Positions 20,093-29,355 of a stretch of DNA of 33,798 nt are shown piece after piece (the first letter of the stretch is position 1; every line of letters begins with the position of its first letter). Source of the stretch: Macrostomum lignano (taxonomy: Eukaryota); contig NIVC01000711.1 of NCBI GenBank assembly GCA_002269645.1, positions 1-33,798 on the forward strand, written 5' to 3'. The notes beneath the pieces are model-generated. The model did not search any database. It was not told the DNA's origin and saw nothing but the letters and a program-made list of their open reading frames with translations. Position numbers and translations under genes: made by a program.

Positions 20093-21209
20093 AGTAAGGC
20101 ACTGCACCGAGGGAAACAACCAACAGAAACAGCAATGCGAAAAACAAACAAACAGCAGCAGCAGCAGCGGCGTGCAATCCCTGTTCCCGGAAAAAATATG
20201 GAGCGTGCCAGGATGCTGGCAGAAGTCAGCCTGTCCGACGTGATTCGCGATATGGACTCAGGCCCTGCGCCTCCACCACCGCCACCACCGACTGAGGTTC
20301 AGCCTGCGGCCGCTAATGAAGTACTGCAGCAGCCAGCACCTCTCTGCATCCAGCTGGTTCTGCCCAGCAGTGTTACGGGTGAATATTGGATTGACTTGGG
20401 AGGGGCTTTCCGTATTCGCCTGAGCAATTCTCAATTCTAAACTAATAATTCTAATGTACCAGTCGTTAAATATTAATTAAGCAACATTTTGTGTTGAATT
20501 AAATTGCGAGATGTTTATCAGTATATTGCAAAAGCGAGTAATATTCATATTTCTTTTCATCATCTCATTGCTATTTTTTAAAGTTCATATTTATGCAGGC
20601 AGTGCGCGTTGATCAGGCTGTGCTTGGGTGTGAATGCAGAATGGGTTTGATTCTGGTTGGGTTTGTAATCTCCTTCTTTAACTTGTGCTTCTAATAATGT
20701 AGCGTATCATTGAATTTTTATAATATAAATTTTAAAGCGCAATGAAGCGCTGAATTTTGAAAAAGTTTGCAGCTTTGAGTTATTTTGAATTATTTTTAGA
20801 ATTCGTTTTATAGGACCTTTTTATTCGACCCTTTATTAGACCCCGAAATTTGGCACGTAACGACAAGACCCGAAGTACAACTTTCGAAAATATGTACACT
20901 TAATACGAGCGTATATCCACAAATTAGGGATTTGAATTTACTTTTGCAAGAAAAAATAATTTCACAAATATGTATTTCAGCAAATTTCCTCATCTAATTC
21001 TCATCGAAAATGCTCTAAGCAGTGTCATCAACCAAACCGAGATGCCTTCTTCAAGAGACACTTCATCATCATCAGCAAGTGATCGGCCGCTTGAGTCTAC
21101 CAATTTTGCTATCGAAATCGAACCAACTAGTGAGTCAATCCAATGTGATTAGTAAAGCCAGTAAAGTAAACTCTTCCCTCTGTAAATACAAGCAAAAGTA
21201 GTCATAAAA

Positions 21210-21408
21210 TCCGATTCACCGTTTCTCGATTCACCGATTCCCGATTTACCGATTCTCGATTCACCGATTCCCGATTTACCGATTCTCGATTCACCGATTC
21301 CCGATTTACCGATTCTCGATTCACCGATTCCCGATTCGCCGATTCCTGATTCACCGATTCCCGATTCGCCGATTCCCGATTCACTGATTCCTGATTAACC
21401 GATTCCCG
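21210..21408. repeat. 15-bp tandem repeat (GATTCACCGATTCCC / GATTTACCGATTCTC) upstream of pPolB
   Basis: About 13 copies visible; it produces the spurious RESVN ORF. Confidence 0.93.
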
Positions 21409-21440
21409 CACAATAATGAGGTGGAATCAGGAATATGATT

Positions 21441-21446
21441 TATAAA
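21441..21446 (+). promoter_or_regulatory. Candidate TATA box (TATAAA) for pPolB
   Basis: TATAAA starts 42 bp upstream of ATG 21483. Position is the only support. Confidence 0.35.
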
Positions 21447-21482
21447 TTTTAACTGTCGAGTGAAACGCGTACACCCAACAAC

Positions 21483-24400
21483 ATGCTAATTCATGCAGGC
21501 ATTCAATTCAGCTCGGCTATTCACGCTAGTGCGCATGATGACACGCTGCAGGTCAGACGCTTCACTCCAGCATCAAGAGGTCTCGAGCCATTTCATTTTT
21601 TATCATCAACGAAGTTTGCAGTGCTACAGGCTGTTGAGATGAGATTCGATTCATCCGAGAATAATTCTATTCGAGCGCAGCTCAAGTTCAACATCAGAAT
21701 GGTGAGAATCAAGGAAACTGCGGTAATCAATGCAGAAGATAAGTGGATCGCATGCGGTCTTGAGCTTCTCTCTGATCTAAGAGATTTTGAATTGTGGTGG
21801 TTGCAGCAGTATTCTGAGCTGGAACGCAAGATCGATGCCTACAATTCAAATGGGAGCGGTTGGATGGTTGAGCAAATCAACTATTTTGATCTGTGCTCTG
21901 CCCTCACTGATCGCATTCGCTACTATCGTGGACGATGCGCGAATTTTACTTTGCCCAATCAGCTGGCGGTTAAGAAGGCCATAATCAACCCACCGAGCGA
22001 TGGAAACAATTGCTTTCTGTTTGCCTGTCTCGCTTACCTGCACAACAGAGATCCTGGTGTGATGAAGTCTTGCCATCGACTAACAACTTACAGCAGATGG
22101 TTGGATGAAATCGATCTGAGCGGCACAACACTACCAGTCGCAATTTCCGATTTAGACTTTATAGAGGAAGAGAATTCCGAAATCTGTTTCACAGTTTTTA
22201 GCTGGGAAGATGATGAGGCCTATGTCATTCGCCAGCCTCTTCCTGGGATTTGTGCCTCTCGCAAGGTTATTCCTCTACTCTTGCTTCGCAACTCCAGCTC
22301 CGATGATGCTGATTATGATGATGGTGGTGATGAGAATTGTGGGACTGGACACTGGTGTGCAGTTTCGAACCTGGACCGACTCCTGAACAGCAAAAAAGGT
22401 CTGAGGAATCGCAAATGGTGTGAGAAGTACATTTCTCCGTTTCGATCCCAGGAAGAGTTGGAGCGGCATCGAGACAGCTGCAATCCTCAACTGAAACCAG
22501 CCATCATGGAGCGCCTGCCTGATTCAAGTAGCAACACAATGCAGTTCATGGCTTGGGAAAAGACAATCAGTCCCCCATTTGTTGTCTACGCAGATTTTGA
22601 AGCTCTGAACACCCCACGTGAACCAGTGGAGCCTGGAAGAGAAGTTACTGTCACCAAGTTAACTGAGCATGTACCTGTAGCTGCTGGCTACATTGTTATT
22701 CCAAGAGAGGGTATGAGCAGCAAAATTCTGAGGCCGAGTGAGGATGTTTTCTTTTGCAGCGGACCCAATCCGAATTCTGTCGTGAAACAGTTTTTGGCCT
22801 CACTCGAACGTCTTGCTCGTGAAGTTTATGGTTGGAATACCGAGTTTAGTCATCAGATTGCTGACAGAAACAGTGATGACAACAGGCGCAGCTTTCAAGA
22901 TTCCACACAGTGCTATTTATGCAATGCAGTGTTCATTTCATCTTCTGACAAGCACTGGGATCACGACCACCTCAGCGGTGAATACAAGGGTGCTGCCTGC
23001 GCTTCGTGTAACAAGCTTGCTCGGCTAAAACGGCGATTTTTGCCAATAGTTTTCCACAATCTTCGCGGATATGACCTGCATTTGATTTTCTCAACTGCGC
23101 TGGGTGACATGACTGGTTGGAGGGTGAGCGTCATCCCCCAAACTGCTGAGTCGTACCTCTCCATGAGGGTCGAGTTCCAGATTGATGAGTATGAGAAAGA
23201 TGGCGTAAAAAAGCCCCTGTTTTTCACGCTACAATTCATCGACTCACTGCAATTCCTACACAGCAGTCTTTCTCAACTTATTAAGAACTTGCCGGAGGAC
23301 AAATGTTCCATCACGAATGCGATGCGATCAAAGTATCCAAATCTTTCAAGCGATGTACTGTTTAGTAAGGGAGTTTTCCCTTATGATTATCTCTCGAATT
23401 TGAATGTGCTTGATGATCGCCAACTACCAAAAGTAGAAAGCTTTTTTAACCGACTCACCAACAGCCACTGTACCGAGGCGGAGTATCGGCATGCGCAGAA
23501 GGCCTGGACTGAATTCGAATCTACAACATTGCGCGATTACATGCTCTGCTACTTGGAGCTGGACATCAGGCAACTAGCAGATATCTTTGAGGGGTTTCAA
23601 AGGCTGAGTTTGCAGGAAGACAAGCTAGATCCGGTGCATTTTGTGTCAACTCCAGGCCTATCATTCGCTTCTGCACTAAAGTCTTCTCAAGTCAAGATCG
23701 AACTGCTAACTGACCTCGAGATGTATAAAATGTTTGAAAAAGGAATTCGGGGTGGAATGTCTTTTGTCAATGTACATCATGTCCAGAGCGAAAGTAGCGA
23801 TGATGATAATGAACCAGCAGGTAGGAGTTTACTGGCTGTTGATGCTAATAATCTTTACGGTCATGCGCTCACAATGCCCCTACCTGTTGGTGGCTTTCGC
23901 TGGCTCAGTCAAGAGGAGCTCTGCTCATGGTCCGAGTGTCGCTTTCTTTCCCTGGATGATGACGCTCCAATCGGCTACCTTGTCGAAGCGGATTTGCTCT
24001 ACCCAGCCGAAATCCACACGGCAACGGAGGATCTTCCATTCGCCCCATAGAAAAGGTGTCCGAATTTTGAAGAATTTCCGCAGTACATGCGAGAATTATG
24101 GGTACTGCTTCAACATGACAATGATCATTCTCATCATCATCAGCAGCAGCAGCCCGACGCGAACACAACTGAGAATCCTACCGTTGCGCGCTACCGTGGA
24201 GTACAAAAATTAATGCTCACATGCCACAACAAGTTTTCCTATGTACTGCACTCGTCTGCTCTCCGATTCTATCTATCGCACGGAATGAAGTTGCATGGGC
24301 TCCACAGGATGATCGAATTCAGGCAAGAACCTGTCTTCGCGGACTACATTAAGATGAATAGCGAGAAGCGCTCTATGGCGAAAAATGATTTCGAGAAGGA

Positions 24401-25241
24401 TTTCTATAAACTGAAAAATAACTCCCTGTTTGGCAAAACAATGGAGAACGTGCGCAAGCGGCGGGACATCAGAGTGTGCAGTGACAAGAAAAAAGCCAAG
24501 ACTGTTTCTTCACAACCAAATGTCGCATCATTCACAATCATTACGCCGTCACTCAGCATCTTTGAGCTTCAAAAGCGCGAATTAACTCTTGATCGGCCAA
24601 TTTTCATGGGGCAGTGTGTTCTAGATCGCTCCAAGATCATCATGTATCGACTTTACTATGACAAAATAAAACCCATGCTAGAATTCCGTGATGGAGCGAG
24701 AGTTCGAGTTTGCGGTGGCGATACAGACTCGTTGTTTTTGAGCTTAGAGAACCTTAGTTTGCAGAGAGAAGTGCTGCCAATCCTGCATGCCGAAGGCCTC
24801 TTGGACACCTACAATTTTTTCACTAATCATCCTCTCTTCTCGAATCGGCTAAAGGCCAAGCTAGGCTGCATTAAAGATGAAGCTGGTGGACTGCAACAGA
24901 TTGAGTGGGTGCTGCTAAGGCCCAAGCTCTATTCTTTCCTCGCTGAAAGCTCGGCGGCATGCAAAGCAAAAGCAAAAGGCATCCAACGAAGCGTGCTGAA
25001 GAATGAAGTCTCCCACGACGACTACGTCAAGATTTTCAAGGGGGCTTCAAAGCTGTCGCTCACTGTTCGTCGAATTGGAAGTGAGAAACATCGCGTTTTC
25101 ACCATTGAGCAACGTAAGCTCGCTCTCAGTATCTGGGAGGACAAGCGAGCGTGGACTGGCTCGAATTCAAGTCTTCCGTTCGGCCACTTTCAGCTGTTAA
25201 TCAGGGGTAGTCCGAAAAGGACAGCGGACTGCTTAGAGTGA
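21483..25241 (+). CDS. polB: Protein-primed family B DNA polymerase (pPolB), one in-frame TAG at 24048-24050
   Basis: Exo motifs YADFEA, FHNLRGYD and YLELD. An Endonuclease VII-like insert reads CYLC...DHDHLSGEYKGAACASCN. Polymerase motifs are DANNLYG, KLKNNSLFGKT and GDTDS. The two ORFs are in the same frame (FAP*KRCP). Confidence 0.96.
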
Positions 25242-25957
25242 TGCTTTGCACATCTGTGTAACCTTGGCGTTGAAATTTATTGACTTTTACTTATGTACTC
25301 CATGAATTGTTTCAGTGGTTTAATTAATCTGAATGATGATGATGATGATAATGATGGATGATGATGATAATGACAATGCTGGAACGAATAGAGCCAATTC
25401 AGTTAGTTACATATTTGTAGTCTCTAAGCAACTAACTGAGCGTAACATTTTCGAGTTGAGTTGTTCCAGATTTATTTCATTACGAACTTGTGAAAGCCAT
25501 GTTGGAATAATTTGCGGCATATTGGTCTGGCTTTCCCCTTTTTTATTATCCTTGAATTTTTGCACAATTGAATGAACTGAGTTACTGTCCTTTTTTATCT
25601 TTGCTAGCTTTGCTACTCATATTTTTGTAACCATTATCCAATGATTATCTGAAAAATATTTGCTTCCTTTTTCATTTCTGCTAGTTCTTGTTCGTTTTTA
25701 TTTGTCTTAGCAGTGCATAATCTGAGTGATGGGTGTGCTTTTTTTCTTGAGTTGGTTGTGGTCTGATTAAATTTTCTATACTCAAACTAATATTGCGATT
25801 TCAGTTATGAAAATAAAGAAAAAGTCGATCGAAGTCTGATTTTCAGGTATATTGATTAAAATGCACGCATCTTAATACGTGGTATATGCATGCAAGATTA
25901 TTATATTTTTGTTCAGCTGTCGTCTTTTTATTTAATTGTTGAAACATATGGTTATTA

Positions 25958-26521
25958 TTAGCACAGAAAACGGACAAGCAAGGAAAAGTCGGAAATTAGC
26001 ATGCTCATTGTTTTTGCACCACTGAGAACGAATGAGCCATTGTGAAAAAGCAGGCATTTGCAGAAGCTTAGTTTGCAGATTAAAGCAGAAAATGATTCTG
26101 GCTCATATTGAGCATTTGGTAAAGTGTTCACAAGATTAGCGAGGGGAAGTGCTCTGCACAAGTCAATTTTCCCATGCGCAGTAATAGTTTTAATCCGCAC
26201 ATGCACAGTTTGATGAGGCAGCAGTTGAGCAGGCACTCTGCGATGCAGCATAGCCACGAAGCGACGAGCGGCCCTGACTGAGGCCGAGTAGCTCCGGGCG
26301 CCACAGATACTCAGTTGTCCAGTCGGATAGAGCAATAGAGTCACTCTGGGACTCCGCATCCTCTTGATAAGCACTCGGGGCCAGACGGGGCGATAGATGA
26401 CATGAGCCATGCTGAGAGCCAGTTCCCGCAGAGGCAACTGGGCACCCCTGTCTCCAGCAAGTCTCAGATCCACGCCGCCGACCAGATTGGTCACTCGCAG
26501 GGCTGTCGCAGGTGTACTCAT
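25958..26521 (-). CDS. TATA-box-binding protein (TBP)-fold protein encoded by the Polinton
   Basis: Intronless, 187 aa, with two TBP repeats: VTNLVGGVDL...IYRPVWPRVLIKRMRSPRVTLLLYPTGQLSICGARSYSASVRAARRF and QYEPESFSALICKLSFCKCLLFHNGSFVLSGAK. AATAAA lies about 25 nt after the stop (25932-25927). Confidence 0.85.
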   Translation of the reverse strand: MSTPATALRVTNLVGGVDLRLAGDRGAQLPLRELALSMAHVIYRPVWPRVLIKRMRSPRVTLLLYPTGQLSICGARSYSASVRAARRFVAMLHRRVPAQLLPHQTVHVRIKTITAHGKIDLCRALPLANLVNTLPNAQYEPESFSALICKLSFCKCLLFHNGSFVLSGAKTMSMLISDFSLLVRFLC

Positions 26522-27035
26522 TTAGAGAGTCCTTTCTGTCAGTGGTGCTGTCTTTGCGAGCTTTTGAGTGGTGCGGGCACACCTCGCTTCTTAAGTTGAT
26601 ACAGAACTTCGGTTTCAGCCAGTTGTAGTACAGTAATACATTTTTCACTGCACAACCAGTATCAGATGCTTGAATCAAAGGTGATCCCAGATCCTCTAGG
26701 TTGTACACCTGTCTGCCAAGCAGCTCAGTCAGAAAGATGGACTTTTTCACCCCGCTTGTCCAGGTGGGACCGTAAGCAATGTTTAGAATGTCATTAGCCA
26801 AATGCATGTACGGTCGGGATCCATCTGTCCACTTGAAATGATGCAAATTCTTTGAGAGCTTTCTGTAATGTACTTGCATCTCAGGTGAGATTCTGTCCCA
26901 TGAGAACGGAGAGGCGTACACGTGATGAGTGATATGGTAACTGCCAGCCCGGACTTGGGCAATGGCCAGCTCCTTCACAACGAAATCTCTGCTCGATCTC
27001 TCGCGTGGGAAGCCTTGGAAGTCAATATAGTTCAT
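26190..27035 (-). CDS. Polinton accessory protein, DnaQ/DEDD-like nuclease fold (tentative); the C-terminal ~110 codons overlap the TBP gene
   Basis: N-terminal YIDFQGF...FVVKELAI, HHFKWTDG, KSIFL...NLEDLGSP and CAVKNV...WL resemble a family I recall from Polintons and other invertebrate DNA viruses. Confidence 0.55.
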   Translation of the reverse strand: MNYIDFQGFPRERSSRDFVVKELAIAQVRAGSYHITHHVYASPFSWDRISPEMQVHYRKLSKNLHHFKWTDGSRPYMHLANDILNIAYGPTWTSGVKKSIFLTELLGRQVYNLEDLGSPLIQASDTGCAVKNVLLYYNWLKPKFCINLRSEVCPHHSKARKDSTTDRKDSLNEYTCDSPASDQSGRRRGSETCWRQGCPVASAGTGSQHGSCHLSPRLAPSAYQEDAESQSDSIALSDWTTEYLWRPELLGLSQGRSSLRGYAASQSACSTAASSNCACAD

Positions 27036-27047
27036 GATCGGATGGTT

Positions 27048-27770
27048 TCAAGACGCATGATGTCGGGAAGCCGACTCAGTTCCCCTTCTTAAATAGTTTT
27101 TTTTCCTGCTCAGGTGTAGCCAGGCTCTCCCACTCCCGAATCCCTTAACTGTATGATGTGCAGGGGTGGCCTCTGGAGAAACAGCCGGTTTAGAAATTAG
27201 CTGCCTTACTGACTTTCCTATAGCCGAAGCTGGGATGTTAAGCTTTTTGTCTTGAAGCAATGAGACAAACTCACTCCAGCCTACCGGCTCGCTGGCACAT
27301 TTCGAATCCCTCACCGCACTGTGAAACAAATCCAGGATGTTTGAGGAGGGTATTGTCTTCCCAGAAATTTGCGCCTCGCCATTTTCGGACACCCGAATCA
27401 GAGAAGGATTGCCAGATAGGATGGCCCATAGACTGCGGGCTCTCGCTTTAAACTTCTGCGGCACGGATTGGGTGATCTTTTCCCCCCAGCTGCTTGGTGC
27501 AATATCTGTTTTCAGCATCTTTGCATCACTCGCAGGTACCGCACCATCCTTTCCAGTCCGCTTGCGCTTGGCCAGCAAACTCTTCATCGCATCATGGTAC
27601 ATGGCAGCTTTCACATCGTCTGGGCAATCCTCGGCAAGCAAAATATCATTGCATTTCCTCTGCGCATATCTCACAGCAGTGTCGAGTTCAGACTCAACTG
27701 GCTTCAAATTCTGTGTGAGCATGTCGTACTATGACTTGGGGATCAGAACCATCTCTGAGAACTTATTCAT
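27048..27770 (-). CDS. Conserved Polinton protein of unknown function; nonsense TAG at 27731-27729
   Basis: MNKFSEMVLIPKS*YDML... continues in frame into ORF 27048-27722. Motifs IL...DDVK...Y, GE..I.G..I..SNILDL and P.GW..F...L...NIP...IG are typical of a recurrent Polinton gene. Confidence 0.7.
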
Positions 27771-28110
27771 TTTGCTTCTTTTTCTTCACTAGCTTTATTA
27801 GAATGTAGAGAATTTTGATAAAACCCGTATTTAGCAGATCCGCAGCTCTTCTATGTGTAGAAATTTTGCGGATTATTTGCTTTTGCTTCACCAGCGCTGC
27901 CTTTTGAGTGAGTGAGAACGACAGAGTGTTTTGCAATAGGTTGTAGCAGGCCTCAATGAGAAATTCACGTACGGCTTTTGGACCCGCTCTGATCAACAGA
28001 CGTTTAAAGCTGATGGAATATTTCGGTGACGCGAGAACATCAAACAAACTTTCATGTGAGTCAAAGGTTTCCATTATCATTAGTGTTGCAGAATATAGAA
28101 CAAATGGCAA
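27763..28110 (-). CDS. Small conserved Polinton protein
   Basis: LIEACYNLLQ..LSFSLTQKAALVKQKQIIRKI resembles the small gene usually found next to the ATPase. Confidence 0.65.
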   Translation of the reverse strand: MPFVLYSATLMIMETFDSHESLFDVLASPKYSISFKRLLIRAGPKAVREFLIEACYNLLQNTLSFSLTQKAALVKQKQIIRKISTHRRAADLLNTGFIKILYILIKLVKKKKQNE

Positions 28111-28127
28111 AATCTCGGCTGTTATTC

Positions 28128-28781
28128 TTAAGTGTAAACCAGGTGGGGTCGCTGATTGGGCAGGATTCGAGCCCGGACCCGCAGCTCATCAGGGGTGGAA
28201 GGGTGAAAATCCAGGAGCAGGTAGGCTCCCCTGCCGTGCGATGTCACGTGCTTGAACACTGACAGCAGAAATCCGGGCTTCTCAGCAAAGCACTGCCTGC
28301 CCAGCGCTGCAATCTGCAGCTGGTCTCTGGGGTTCTTCATGATCACAAAGTACATCGCATTCAGACTCATTGTTCGCAACTCCTTCCCTTTAAAAAATAC
28401 ATTTTGGGTGAGCATAACCAGAAAGCAGGGCAAATGATGGGCAATTCCAGTGAAAACATTTCGCATTGCAGCAGAATTGGAAGTTTCTTCAATCAGGTCA
28501 TCAAATACAACCAGGTCATTGGGTCTCAGTGCGGTCTCGATACTGCTGGGAAATCCCTGCTGCAGGTGCACGCCGAGACTGCTGAGCTCAGAGTGTGCTG
28601 CTTGTGAAATCCCGTAGTACCACAGAACTCTCCCAGGCTTCACATCAAACAGGACATCCTTGTATTGTATCAGATGTTTCACGAAGGTTGTCTTTCCTGC
28701 ATTTGTAGGCCCGCTGACAATCATGCAGCTTCCCTGTCGCAGGCGCACATCATAACAGTTTATCCGCTCACGTGTTTCCAT
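28128..28781 (-). CDS. A32/FtsK-HerA-like DNA packaging ATPase
   Basis: Walker A GPTNAGKT, Walker B LVVFDDL, HH...LTQN.F, R.MSLNA.Y.V.MKNPRD, YLLLDFHP.TP...R.R. Confidence 0.93.
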   Translation of the reverse strand: METRERINCYDVRLRQGSCMIVSGPTNAGKTTFVKHLIQYKDVLFDVKPGRVLWYYGISQAAHSELSSLGVHLQQGFPSSIETALRPNDLVVFDDLIEETSNSAAMRNVFTGIAHHLPCFLVMLTQNVFFKGKELRTMSLNAMYFVIMKNPRDQLQIAALGRQCFAEKPGFLLSVFKHVTSHGRGAYLLLDFHPSTPDELRVRARILPNQRPHLVYT

Positions 28782-28813
28782 CGCCTGTTGAGCTAAATCC
28801 TAATTTTGAAAGT

Positions 28814-29332
28814 CTAATTAAATTTCTTTTTTCTTAAGCAACTCTCAAACCTTTGCAGCATTCTCTCATTCAAGTGGCTCTGCTGATTTGCATGGAGGTG
28901 CCGCAGAACCCACTCAAACGAGCGCTTGAAACGAAACTTTTGATAGGCAAACAAGAGACAGAACAAACCGCATTTAGCAGAGTCACAGCTCTGAATTCGA
29001 TTCACATTGCTACGTAAGTAGAATGGAGAATACCAAAAGGATTTCAGTGCTCTGTGAATGATCTCTAAAGTGCTGGAGTCCCAGCCCAGAGAGTTAAAGA
29101 GTTCTATGGAATTCTCCTTATCAGCATAACAAACCACCCAGTGACCGAAGGATGAGCTGTACTGAAGCAGAAAGAAAATAAACTTACATCGAGATAAATT
29201 TCTTTTGAGAGTTGCTCGCTGAATAAAGTTTAAAGCATAAGATGTTTTATTTATTGAATTCAAGACAATAATTAAACAGTTATTTTGTGGCAAAAAGCTT
29301 TTAGCCAGTTTAAGCAGTTGAAAAGCATCCAT
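28814..29332 (-). CDS. Adenain/Ulp1-like cysteine maturation protease
   Basis: GHWVVCY, ELFNSLG and RIQSCDSAKCGLFC motifs; lies between MCP and ATPase. Confidence 0.88.
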   Translation of the reverse strand: MDAFQLLKLAKSFLPQNNCLIIVLNSINKTSYALNFIQRATLKRNLSRCKFIFFLLQYSSSFGHWVVCYADKENSIELFNSLGWDSSTLEIIHRALKSFWYSPFYLRSNVNRIQSCDSAKCGLFCLLFAYQKFRFKRSFEWVLRHLHANQQSHLNERMLQRFESCLRKKKFN

Positions 29333-29355
29333 ATTAGCGTTGCGCCAGCGTACTC

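Larger units (their letters stand above)
14979..20150 (+). mobile_element. Non-LTR retrotransposon, I-group (Ingi-like), single polyprotein 2A-PHDx5-APE-RT-RNaseH-CCHC
   Basis: Domain motifs are listed in the polyprotein feature. There is a candidate 14-bp TSD AACAGCAGCAGCAG (14965-14978 / 20151-20164) and an AAC-rich 3' tail. Boundaries are uncertain: 5' end 14979-15018, 3' end 20122-20150. Confidence 0.9.
14427..20440 (+). pseudogene. Polinton gene (Cys/His zinc-finger-like N-terminus, acidic, polyQ and polyP regions) interrupted by a LINE
   Basis: Joining 14427-14978 to 20165-20440 gives one open frame of 275 codons across the polyQ. The N-terminus has CVTC-x8-KHH and CHEC-x10-KRHKNH. Confidence 0.6.

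Noticed and set aside
14741-20119. Many long antisense ORFs inside the LINE
   Set aside because: GC-rich shadow frames of the sense polyprotein, with no recognisable motifs.
20970-21152. Small ORF before pPolB
   Set aside because: Short, low complexity, weak start and no motif; cannot be supported.
770-21408. Shared CCGATTCCC core between the SON intron repeat and the pPolB-upstream repeat
   Set aside because: A 9-bp match between low-complexity units of different length and context is plausibly chance.
25333-25575. 80-aa ORF after pPolB
   Set aside because: Starts in a (GAT)n microsatellite in AT-rich intergenic DNA between convergent genes.
25958-26521. Host TBP gene
   Set aside because: It is intronless, lacks the N-terminal extension, is far more divergent than cellular TBP and is embedded in the compact viral cluster.
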